This document shows positions 37,673 through 47,719 of a stretch of DNA of 64,000 nt, piece by piece. The translations under genes were made by a program, and so were the position numbers. A model generated the notes under the pieces. That model did no database searches. It saw only the letters and a program-made list of their open reading frames with translations, and was not told the origin of the DNA. This DNA is from Protoeuglena noctilucae (Eukaryota): the NCBI GenBank assembly GCA_958009085.1, contig OY253677.1, positions 682,001 through 746,000 of the forward strand. The letters run 5' to 3'. How positions within the stretch are numbered: the first letter of the stretch is position 1; every line of letters begins with the position of its first letter.

Positions 37673-39654
37673 ATGGTGTGGACTCCCGCGCACGCTTCCT
37701 CGTCTCTGATGCGAGAAGCGAATGCAAAAATTCAAGATGAGATTCGTGAGTTGGAGCAAGCGTCGGGGGCGGCCGTACCAGCGCTGAGGACGCAGCGAGT
37801 CCGCGATGAGGTCCTCGCGAGCATGGGCCTCGCGCTGGCCCAGGTCCAGGCCGCCGGCTTCCGATGGGATGCTGCCAGCCATCTTTTCGTTACAGGTGAC
37901 GCGCCGATTGCGTCATACTGGTGGCTTGCGCCGCGCGCGGTGCTGCTGGTGGGTTCATGTGGCGTCCCGTGCTCCTGCGGGCACAGGCGGCCAGCGTGGC
38001 CCGCCGGGCCCCGCGGAGGAGGATGTGGAGCTAAGTCCAGCTCTGGAGGAGTGGCTGCGAAGGGTGGAAAGCGAGCGCAACCGCGCAAAGCCAGCGCTGC
38101 GGGCAGCAGAGGAGGCCAAGCGTCTCTTGGCGTCGCCCGGCGCGGCCCCGGACCGCAAAGCCGCGGATTGGGAGCGCATGTACGCGCACGTGTCTCAGAG
38201 GAGCGCGGACCAGCTGCGCGAGGCGCTCGCCGAGGCTTACGCACGCGAAAACGAGTGCCGGGGGCTGCGGAGCGAGCTCGAAGGGCAGCTGATGGCTCTC
38301 CTCGAGGTGCCGGGGAGCCATCTGCGCGAGTTGGTGCGGGCCAGCTACCCTGCCAAGCCCCCGGGACTCCCGGCGCCGGGGGCATTGTATGCGGAGGCGT
38401 GGGCGGAGGAGCGGCGGGCGCGGGCCGAGCGCCGGCGGGTGCAGGCGGAGCTGCGGGTTGTGCTGGCGGAGCAGCACTGCGCGGAGAAGCGTCTGGCGGA
38501 GGTGCAGGCGGCGCGGGAGGCGCGCGTCGCGGCGGCGAGCGGGGCGGTGCGGGCGTGGGAGGCGGCCTATGATAGGCAGACGAAGGAAGTCGTGGAGCGA
38601 GCGCGGCGCATGGCGCAGGCGGCAGCCAGGGCCGAGGTGGGCGCCCGGCGCGCGAGCGAGGACCGCGCATCGCAGGCGGAGTCGCGTCAGGCGCTGGCGT
38701 CCTCCGCGTACGGCCGCATCAGCGCTGCGGTGCGGCACGGTGCAAGCTTCCGAAGCCGCGAGGTGGCGGTGGGCGTGTGGGCGTGGGGGAGCGGCCGTGA
38801 CCGGGAGTTCTGCATCGAGCTGGACGTCTCCGGACATCGCAGCGGGGGCGTCGCGGTGCACGTGCAGATGCCCCTGCTGGTGTTTGAGGGCCGCCAAAAG
38901 ACCGAGCGCCTGGGCTTCCTCCGCGCGCGGTTCTCCGAGGCGTTCCTGGGCCAGCAGGTGGTGGTGGAGTACGTCCCGGGTTCGAATCCCACCGTGTCCG
39001 TGACCCCCGGCGTCCCCAGCCCGGGGCGCAAGCTCCCCGCGCATGCGCTAGCGTCTGCGGCGGGGGCCATGGCCGCCCTGTGCGCTGCTGCGGTGGAGGA
39101 TCTCTCGGCCCAGAGACCCGAAGCGGGGGCCCCGGGGAGCGTGCAGGTGAGCGCTGTGAGCGCTGTCGAGGTCCGGGTGCTGCTATGTTATGAGGTGCCA
39201 TCCGATGTCGAAGTGGCTTGCTGGCAAGCAAGCAGCGAGTGACGAGAGCCCAATTGAACCTTCCTTTCAGGTCATTGGCGGTCGCCGCGCCAACACCGCC
39301 GCGGCGCGCGTGGTGGAGGCTGTGGCACAGTGGATGCAGCGAGCGGTGGACACGTCAGCGGTCGCGGCCGCGGGGGTGGCGCTGGGGGAGCTTGACGTTT
39401 CCCAGGACCACGGAGAGTTGGCGGCTCACGAGGGCGACGCCTTCGCCACGCCGGCGAGGCAAAAGGTTCGATTCACGGTGGCGCCACCGGAGGCGGGGGC
39501 TTGGGAGGCAGACGGGGCGACGTCGGCACGCGGCAAGGGCAGCGCTAGAGCCTCGAGCCGCAGCGGGTCGGAGTGGGGCGGCGGGGAGGGCGCGTCGGAG
39601 AGCGGGTGGCAGCTTAGCCCGGTGCCGTTGCGTTCCATGGCGCACACCAGCTGA
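37673..39654 (+). CDS. Uncharacterised coiled-coil protein with a globular C-terminal part
   Basis: Long GC3-rich exon at about 37987-39146 (EEWLRRVESERNR...AEVQAAREARV...EFCIELDVSG...), spliced GSVQ|VIGGRR through GT-AG 39147-39270. Short 5' exons read REANAKIQDEIRELEQ and VQAAGFRWD. The start codon and first intron are uncertain. Confidence 0.65.
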
Positions 39655-40950
39655 CATCACCATGGCGTCAGGTCGTGATGCCGGTAGTAGGAAGGACGCG
39701 GCGTGGTTGGGAGAGCTCTACACAGCCCTGAAAGACTAATCGACAGTGAAATCATGGAACGCTTTGAACTCGTCAAAGACGATTTATCAGGCCTAATGTG
39801 ACGCGACCTGGCCGCGACACCAATGCTGATGCGTCGCCCGGAGTTGCGGACAAGCCCGAGAGGTCGCCTGCTGCGCCCGTCAGCCTACTGCCGACGCCAG
39901 GAGCGGGGCCGGGTGTCAGGCACCCTCTGCTCACACGCTCACCCTTCGGAGCGGAGTGCGCTGGCCTGGATGCGAGGCAGGCGATCTGCGGAAGCCATCA
40001 CAGGCCCAGCATTGCCCGGCCTTGCCAGCCTTGCAACGCGGCCATAGCACGTTTGCCACGTGGGGCGGGCGGTGTGGGCCCGCTTGCCCGGCCGACGCCG
40101 GCGCCGTGGGGTTGGTCGACCATGACCGTGCCCATGACCATGTGGAGAGACATGACTCCGCTGGGCCGCCCTCTGGACGCGCGGCAGAGCCCCTTCTGCC
40201 TGTCGGAGCGATTCAGCAGGGGCAAGCGTGCTCAACAGATGCGGACCCACGGTCGGTGACTGGGAGTGGCGCGGACCATGTCGAGCCCAACGCAGAGGAC
40301 AGAGCCCTCGGGAAGTCCAGGGCACAGGGGACAGCATGCAGGATGCCATGACGAGCACTCGTGCTCTGGCTGACTACGACGGTGCCACAGGAGGCCTCTG
40401 CGCTGCTGGTTATCGTAGCAGCCATGCCATCTCATACAAATATGTCTCACAAGCCAGCGCCTGCTGTGCTGCAAGCTGTACATGTGCTAGCTGTGGACTG
40501 CTTCAAGGCTCGCACGTGCCGCTGCTGCTGCAGCTCTGCGGCTGCCGTACGCCTCCAACCCAACGCATTTGCAGCTTGTCCTGTGCACCTCGTGTAGCCA
40601 CCCTACGCCACCCGCCATGCCTGCACCCATCTACCCTTCTGCCCAGCATGCCTGTGCCTCCTTCAACCATCCACACGCACGCTGCACCATGCACCAGCAC
40701 GTGGGCATCCAGGCCAGCCCTGCAGCAGCTCTTGGTCCCTCCGCGCTGCCAGTGGCTTGGCCTAGCCGACGCCTCTGCGGCCCTCTCCTGCACGCATCAG
40801 TATACAGGGCGCTCATGGTGAGCAGACCAGCCGCGGGCACTGCTATTGCCGCCATCCTCAACATGCATGGGCCCACCGGCGTGGATGGCGTCATGCACGA
40901 CGAGACTATGCCAGGCTCACCTCCATGCATGCGCCCCGCAGTGACCCTCC

Positions 40951-42960
40951 TCAGCAGTTGTAACGGGATCCCGAACCACACCCCGACACGGTGCACCCGC
41001 TGTGCCTGAGGGTGCTGATGCTGTCACACCAAAGGCCGTACCTGCTGCAGTCACGAATGACCACGTCGCGCACATCCGCCTGCCCGCCTTCGTGGCAAAG
41101 CACCCCGTGCAGCTCCTTGCATCCCGTGATGCGGCCTCCCTGCACGACCACTCTGCTGCCATGGTGAAGGCTGGCCACACCACACAAGTTGCAGTCGGCG
41201 ATCTCCACATGCCGCAACTCTGCGAGCCCCCCGGTTTGGCACGCAACTCCGTGCAAGTCCTTGGACCCCGTGATGCGACCCCCCTGCACGACCACCCTGC
41301 TACCGCGGCCAAGGCTGGCCACGCCATTCACCTTGCAGTCGGCGATTTCCACCTCCCGCACCACTGCCTGCCCGCCTTCTTCGCACGCAACCCCGTGACA
41401 GGACTTCGATCCCGTGATCCGCCCCCCCTGCACTACCGCCCTGCTACCCTGGCCGATGCTGAATACGCCAATCAGCTTGCAATCGGCTATCTCCACATCC
41501 CGCAACTCCGCTAGCCCCCCGTCTTGGCACAGCATCCCCTGACCATCCTTGGATCCAGTGATGCGACCCTCCTGCACGACTACCTTGCTGCCCTGGCCGT
41601 GACTGACGACGCCACTGTGCTCGCAGTCAGCGATCTCCACGTCCCGCACCTCCGCATGCCCACCCTCTTCACACAGCACCCCGTGAAACTCCTTGGACCC
41701 AGTGATGCGGCCCCCTTGCACAATTACCTTGCTGCCCTGACCAGTGCTATGAACACCACTCTCCTGGCAGTAAGTGATCTCCACATCGCGTACCTCTGCA
41801 TGCCCGCCCTCGCGACACCCGACCCCGTGATACTCCTTGGACCCCGTGATGCGCCCCCCGTGCACGACCGCCCTGCTGCCCTGCCCGCTAATGCCCACGC
41901 CACATTGCTTGCAGTCAGCGATCTCGACATCCCAAACCTCCGCCTCTCCACCTTCAGCGCAGGCCAGCCCAACACCCCGCTTAGACCCCGTGATGCGCCC
42001 CCTCTGCACAACCACCCTGCTGCGTTTGCCTTGGCTAACGATGCCATGCAGATTGCAGTCGGCGATCTCGACGTCCCGCACCTCCGCCTGCCCGCCTTCC
42101 TGGCACTTCACCCCGTTTGCCTCCTTAGACCCCGCGATACGGCCCCTCTGGACGACCACCCTGCTACGCTTGCCATGGCTGAGCACGCCACAAGCCTGGC
42201 AGTCGGCTATCTCCACCTCCACCAGCTCCACCTGCCCGCCCCTTTCGCATGTAACCCCGTGCAAGGCTTTGGACCCCGTGATGCGGCCCCCCTGCACTAC
42301 CGCCTTGCTCCCCCGATCAGAACAAGAGACCCCCACATCAGGCGCGTCTATCACGTGCGTGTTCACCAGCGTCACTCGCCCGTCCTGTGCACACATAACC
42401 CCCGTCCCCAACACCCGCACGCCCTCCAAGCGCATCTCCCCGCCCCATCCAGCTATCAAACCGTACCCTCTCCCCAACCCAGCATTCGCACTTGACACCC
42501 ACAGCGTCCCGTTGCGGATCGTCGCCACCTTATCAGCACCCGTCGCCCCCACCACACCCGTCAACTCGACCTCCGTTCCTCCCAGGTCCACCTCTCCGCC
42601 CCTCACCAGTGACGCCCTAACCTCTTCCTCCGTCCATACCTTCGTCGCGCTGCCCGCACCAGACGCCCCCGCCGACCCCAACGTCCTCATCGCCGCCCTC
42701 TCCGCCGCCCGCACCCTCGCCTCCACCTCCGCCCACTCCAACCGTGCGCCCCCCACCCCCGCCACCGCCTCCCACGCCGCCCTGCGCCGCACCTCGCTCG
42801 GCTGCCCCAGCACGTACACCAGCGCCACCCACCACTCCTCCGTCCCCTCCTCCTCCCGCTCCTCCGCCCCACCCTCGCCCTCGTGTCCCGCAATCACCCG
42901 CTCTCTCTCCTGGCACCCCGCGCTCCTCGTCCCGGCGCCGGCACGCCTTGCCCTGCCCAT
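40951..42960 (-). CDS. Right-handed parallel beta-helix repeat protein, copy B (669 aa, 9 x 48-aa repeats)
   Basis: Intronless ORF with consensus repeat GGRITGSKxxxGVxCxxGGxAEVRDVEIADCxxxGVxxxGxGSRVVVQ, which corresponds to two ~24-aa beta-helix coils per unit. Confidence 0.88.
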   Translation of the reverse strand: MGRARRAGAGTRSAGCQERERVIAGHEGEGGAEEREEEGTEEWWVALVYVLGQPSEVRRRAAWEAVAGVGGARLEWAEVEARVRAAERAAMRTLGSAGASGAGSATKVWTEEEVRASLVRGGEVDLGGTEVELTGVVGATGADKVATIRNGTLWVSSANAGLGRGYGLIAGWGGEMRLEGVRVLGTGVMCAQDGRVTLVNTHVIDAPDVGVSCSDRGSKAVVQGGRITGSKALHGVTCERGGQVELVEVEIADCQACGVLSHGKRSRVVVQRGRIAGSKEANGVKCQEGGQAEVRDVEIADCNLHGIVSQGKRSRVVVQRGRITGSKRGVGLACAEGGEAEVWDVEIADCKQCGVGISGQGSRAVVHGGRITGSKEYHGVGCREGGHAEVRDVEITYCQESGVHSTGQGSKVIVQGGRITGSKEFHGVLCEEGGHAEVRDVEIADCEHSGVVSHGQGSKVVVQEGRITGSKDGQGMLCQDGGLAELRDVEIADCKLIGVFSIGQGSRAVVQGGRITGSKSCHGVACEEGGQAVVREVEIADCKVNGVASLGRGSRVVVQGGRITGSKDLHGVACQTGGLAELRHVEIADCNLCGVASLHHGSRVVVQGGRITGCKELHGVLCHEGGQADVRDVVIRDCSRYGLWCDSISTLRHSGCTVSGCGSGSRYNC
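41000..42330 (-). repeat. Coding tandem repeat, 144-bp unit x 9
   Basis: CCCGTGAT(G/C)CG recurs every 144 bp (41123, 41267, 41411, and onward). Confidence 0.93.
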
Positions 42961-44030
42961 CGCTCACTGCAGCACACACCGACGGCGCCCAGGGTCGCCG
43001 GTCGGGGCTGCAGCGACGTCTCATGACAGCAGTGACATCTTACGATTCGCGATACACGACTATAACCGGATCCTGACCGCAATCGCGGCGGCGCAACAGC
43101 CTTTGCTCTGCACCCTGCACACAGCTGCGCAGGAGAGCCCCCCGAGGTGCGCTGGGTCTACTGCCGATACGAAGCTCGCCTACAAAGTATACTCAACCCT
43201 TGGACAGGTCGCGCTGCTTTGTTAAGGTCGCCATTCACGCGTAATTGGGCGGGTTCCACTTTCCCCCGCGATGTGCCCTTACGTTTAACGCAAAGCCTCC
43301 CCGCTCACCCGCTGTCTACCATACCACACCGGATATGCACCGCATCATCCACACCCGCACTCACCCCTCGCCTGCCTCTGCCTCTCTGCCCGGTCCTGCG
43401 TAACCGCTGAATTAATGCGGCGTAAATGCGCAGTCGCTGGCCCGATGCGACGCGACCTGATCCACGACACCGATGCGAGTACATCACAGCGACTGCCCCG
43501 AGGTGCTGACGGGCCCGAGAGATCGCCTGACTCAGGCAGCGCCCGTCAGCCGGACGGTGCCAGGAGCAGGGCCCAGATCATCGATGAGGTCCTGCCGCGC
43601 GGTCCGCAGCAAGCTGTGACGATCTGGATGGGAGCTGAGCGATCGGACGAAGCCACCACCAACCCAGCACCGGCCGGCCTCGCCACCCGCATTTGGCCAC
43701 AGCACGTTGCCAGGGGCCAACTGTGCGGGCCCGCCTGGCCGGTCGTCGGTCGCCGCCGCGGGGTCGGCCGACAATGTGGGGGTCTCTGAGTGCCACTGTT
43801 GCGTTGATGCATCGACGAGAAAGCCCCGTCGATCCTTTTGGGGGATGCTGCAGCAGGTGCGGGTCTCACTTCAACTTGTGCATGGTTGGTTCCTGCCAGG
43901 AGTGACTCGAGACGCCCGGTGCTTTAGACACGATGCGGCCATCCTCCGCAAGGCGGCCATCTCCCTCGCTAAGGAATTGTTGAGCCCCATCGCACTGCCC
44001 ATGTTGACGGCCCTGCACAAAGCCCCTAGC

Positions 44031-47000
44031 CTATCGGCTATCGGGTCCGCATAGTTTGAAGCCCCGAAGCTTGGACGTGAGAGCAGGAGTGGCCCAGTCG
44101 ACAGTGCTGAGCCGGACGTCGTGCAGCCGCGGCAGTGCGTCGACGAGTGGCACCAGATCGGATGGAGAGAGCGGGGAACCAACAGCCACGAGAGAGCGCA
44201 AGTCAGTGAGGCCCCTGCAGGTGCCAGCAGGACGGAACGCGTGTCAGGAGAAACTGGCATGCAGTCCTGAGCTGCAGCAGGGCAGCTGGTGGCCGGGTTG
44301 GGACGCAACGGATCGCAGCTCTGCAGCAACAGCCAACGTGTCACGAATACCAGGAAGAGGCGAGCGAAGAGTGTGACTAAGCTGTGATGTGCGATGTCCG
44401 CACCTGGCGTTCCTGGGCAAGGCGTCGATCTGCGTGCCGTCCAGGTGCAGCTCCCTCAGCCGACGAAGGGCCCCGATGCCCTCGCACAGCGTCCCGCGGA
44501 GGTCCGCGCAGCCGGACAGGCGCAGCCGCGTGAGCTGCGTCAGGCGTGAGACCGACGCAGGCAGCTGCCCTGCTGATTCCCGTTCCCCGCCGCGCCCCAG
44601 GCCCGACCACGCCATGCTGAGGTCCTCCAGACAGCCCAGGCTGCTCGGCACGCCCTTGCGAGTGGTGCTGCCGGCATTATCTGCTAATGACGGCGTTGAC
44701 GCTGATGACACCTCAGCCCCGTGAGAGAGGGCGCGGTCGAGCGACGCGGAGGTCAGAGACCGGCAATGGTCCAGGACCAGAGTCTTCAGTTTGGGCAACA
44801 GGGGCGCTCCCGCTGTCAGGTGCAACGCCAGCGGATCTTCCGCCCACTCGCTCAGGTCCAGGTGGGTCAGGCTGGTCAGGCCGGAGAGGGACCCAGGGAT
44901 GCCACACATCTGCGGAGGGCGCTGGGGGTCAGAATGGGCTCAAGTGGTGTACGATGATGGGTCGTGATATGATCTGACAGGAGATCAGAAACTGCCAAGG
45001 TCGAACTGAGCCTATTTCAGGTGCCCCACGCCTCACCTCATCGTCTAGGGATTGCGGGCCAGTCGATGCATCGCCCCGCTGTCCCCGCACCACCCGCGCC
45101 CCGGCCGCGTCAAGGCGCCGGAGGGTTTCTGGCAGCCGCAGGTGCCACGGCAGCAGGGCGTGCGCGCAAGAGAGCCGCGTCAGCCGAGACAGCTGCCACA
45201 AGCTGGCGTCCGCGGGTGGGTCGGCCACGGCCACATGCACGTTGTCCATGGCGAGGTCCTCCAGGTTCGGCAGGTTCCTGTGAAAGCACGTTGTTGCTGG
45301 ATGAGAAAGCTGCCACGTTCGAGAACCTCCCAAACACGGTAACAAGGTCTGTGTCCGAGGCACAGCACGATCAGTCCCTCGAGCACGATCACGTACCGGG
45401 CCCTTCACGCACACATGTGCTAGGCAAGACAGGTGTGGCAGGGTCGCGCCGCCGGGCGTCTGCAGAGCGGTGGTCACGCGACGCACCGGAAGATTTCAGG
45501 CAACCGGGACACGAAGTCAGGGTCTCGGACGTAGCTGATGTCGAGGGAGCGTAGGGCCGTGCCGGTCGCCACCCAGGGTCCTCCGTGCACCCTACTGCAT
45601 CCCACCAATGCGCCCGCCAGCGTCGAGCAGTCCCCACGGTGCGTGGGCAGGGAGGCCCCGTCTGGGTGACCCTGGGCCTGCACGGGAGACGCACTGGAGG
45701 ATTGCACCCTCGCTCCTGCCGCTCGTGATGCCCAGGCAAAAGCTGTGATGCACTTCTAAGCACGCTTTTCACATGCGAGGATGAAGCATGCATGCCATGT
45801 CGCACGTGGTGATGCACGAGGGGTGGTGATGCAGGGGCCGTCACCTGCAGCCTCGTGAGCCTCGGGAGGAATGCAAAGACGCCTCCGAGCCCCGCCGCCA
45901 CCTCTGCCAGAAACTTGAAGTTCGTGTGTCCAGAGATTTCCAGCACCCTCAGGTCGGGGTTTCTGGCCAGCACGGGGGCCACGCTGCCAGAGAGTCCACA
46001 GCTCCTGCGCGAGTGAGGTGTGCGACAGAGGTCGCTGGGGTCCCGCAGTTCTAATCAGATCGAGAGAGGGGAAACTGGGGTGCCATGCGAGCCACGTGCA
46101 CACCCAAAGCACGACAGCCCTCGTTGCGCACGTCGGCTCAGTCTCCCCGCCTCGCCTGGCGTGCAGGGCTTGCAGGGTGCTCAGGGACGTGAGCTGCGAG
46201 AGGCCGCGGACACCCATGGATGGGCAATGGCTGACGTCCAAGTGCGTCAGTTGATCCAGGGCTCGAATGCCAGCTACGGTCAAGTCGACTTCACTCGGGA
46301 ACACGCCGCTGAGGTGCAGCTCGCGGAGTCTCGGCATGCCACAGAAGACGGGGGCGGTCGTGGCCGTCCCGGGGGCCGTACCAGGTGCAGTTGCAAGTGG
46401 GCTGGGCATGGGCCTGTTGGGCCGGAGAGGCGTAAACGACGCGTCCAGGTACGTGAGGCCCTGGGAAGGCGTCAGTCGGGTCGGAGTGATGTATCAGACG
46501 GCGCTGATGGGTCATACGCACGGCAGTGAGGCAAGTCAAGATAAGTGCAGACGTCAGTTTCCCTCCCATGCAGCTGAGTCTAACCCCCGTCGCTCACCGG
46601 CAGCGGATCGATGTGCGCGACGGCCGTCCTGGCGATGCTCAGCCACTCAAGGCCCTTCAACGCCGCAACAGGGGTGGGCAGAAGCCCCGCATCGATCTCC
46701 ACGTCCCCCAGCAGGACGTTGCCGGAGAGGTCGAGGCGGCGGAGGCGCGTGAGGGTGGCGAAAGCGCCGGGGAGCTCTCGGAGGTAGTTGCCCGCGAGGG
46801 AGAGGCTGGTCAGGGCAGTCAAGTCAGGGCACCACTCTTGTGCAAACTGGCGCAGGCTGCAGGACTGCAGCACGAGGCTCTCCAGATGACGGAGCGGGCC
46901 GAGGGAGCCCAGGAGGCCGGAGGGTACCGCGCCGCGCACGTGCAGCGAGCCCATGCCGAGGGAGCGGGTGGCGACCCACGTGCATAGCTGCCTCGCACTG

Positions 47001-47334
47001 GCAGGGTCCGCGTAGGGCCGAGGGGTCACCGCGGGAGCGATTAACACGGATTTCCAGACCGTGTTGCCGTGCTGAGGGTCCGAAAGGAGCCTGCGAGCAT
47101 CACAAGCGCCACATTTTTACAAAAACCCTTGCTGCCCACTGCGAACACACTTTACAAAGCCTAAGCCACGCCGGCGCACCGGTAGAAGGCTTTGCACACC
47201 AGGGCGCAGTCCAGAAGGGATCGGAAGTCCAAATGAGAGAGAATCTCGCAGAGGGCGTCGTCAGGGAGGGCCAACAAGGTCAAGGCGCCCGTTTCGTCGC
47301 TCATCGCGCTCGGCGTGGCCTCCAAGTCCTCCAT
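44031..47334 (-). CDS. F-box / leucine-rich-repeat protein
   Basis: Exon 1 encodes an F-box, LLALPDDALCEILSHLDFRSLLDCALVCKAF (too short for the ORF track). LRRs follow (LRHLESLVL, LTALTSLSLAGNYLRELP, LRRLDLSGN, LTHLDVSHC, LRELHLDGT). Seven introns, one GC-AG (donor 46155). Confidence 0.87.
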
Positions 47335-47719
47335 CTGCTGATCACGTATCTCTGCCTATCCTGGCTATGATTTCTGGCCCGCGCGCCGCGCCACTCGGCC
47401 GCCTGTTGCGCCTGTGTCAGATGTGTCAGTTGCGCTTGACGAGCGCAAAGAGCAGCGGTCGGCGAGCGTTGCCGGGCAGTGCGTGGAGGTTGACGTCGGC
47501 AGGGAAAGCCTGGTCGCTTCGCGCAGCATTCCCCGCGCGTGCAGGCCAGAGCACGCTGAGCACGATCGAGAGTCCGCCTTCCTGTGCAAATTCGTTCCGG
47601 TTAGGCGGCTCGAGCCTGTTCGCGCGCACACTAGGAATCTACTTGGGGCAGCTGCGAGGACCCCCGCGGCCCATGGCTCGTGCCCCGGACTCCCGGTGAC
47701 AGCGGGTCCGAGAGGCGCC

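Larger units (their letters stand above)
40810..43780 (-). repeat. Duplicated cassette, copy B (inverted homolog of 26747-28740)
   Basis: See copy A. ATGCGGCGTAAATGCGCAGTCGCTGGCCCGATGCGACGCGACCTG at 43415 is the exact reverse complement of about 27066-27110. Confidence 0.9.

Noticed and set aside
39228..39270. GC donor CAA|GCAAGC
   Set aside because: A stronger in-phase GT donor (CAG|GTGAGC at 39147) reaches the same acceptor.
39700..40810. Several 130-200 aa ORFs between the coiled-coil gene and cassette B
   Set aside because: No consistent codon bias, splice structure or motif; possibly decayed sequence.
41000..42330. CRISPR-like array
   Set aside because: The repeats are in-frame coding units without unique spacers, the context is eukaryotic, and there are no cas genes.
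41524..43225. Long antisense ORFs (323 and 462 aa), and similar shadows over other genes
   Set aside because: These are expected shadows of GC-rich coding strands.
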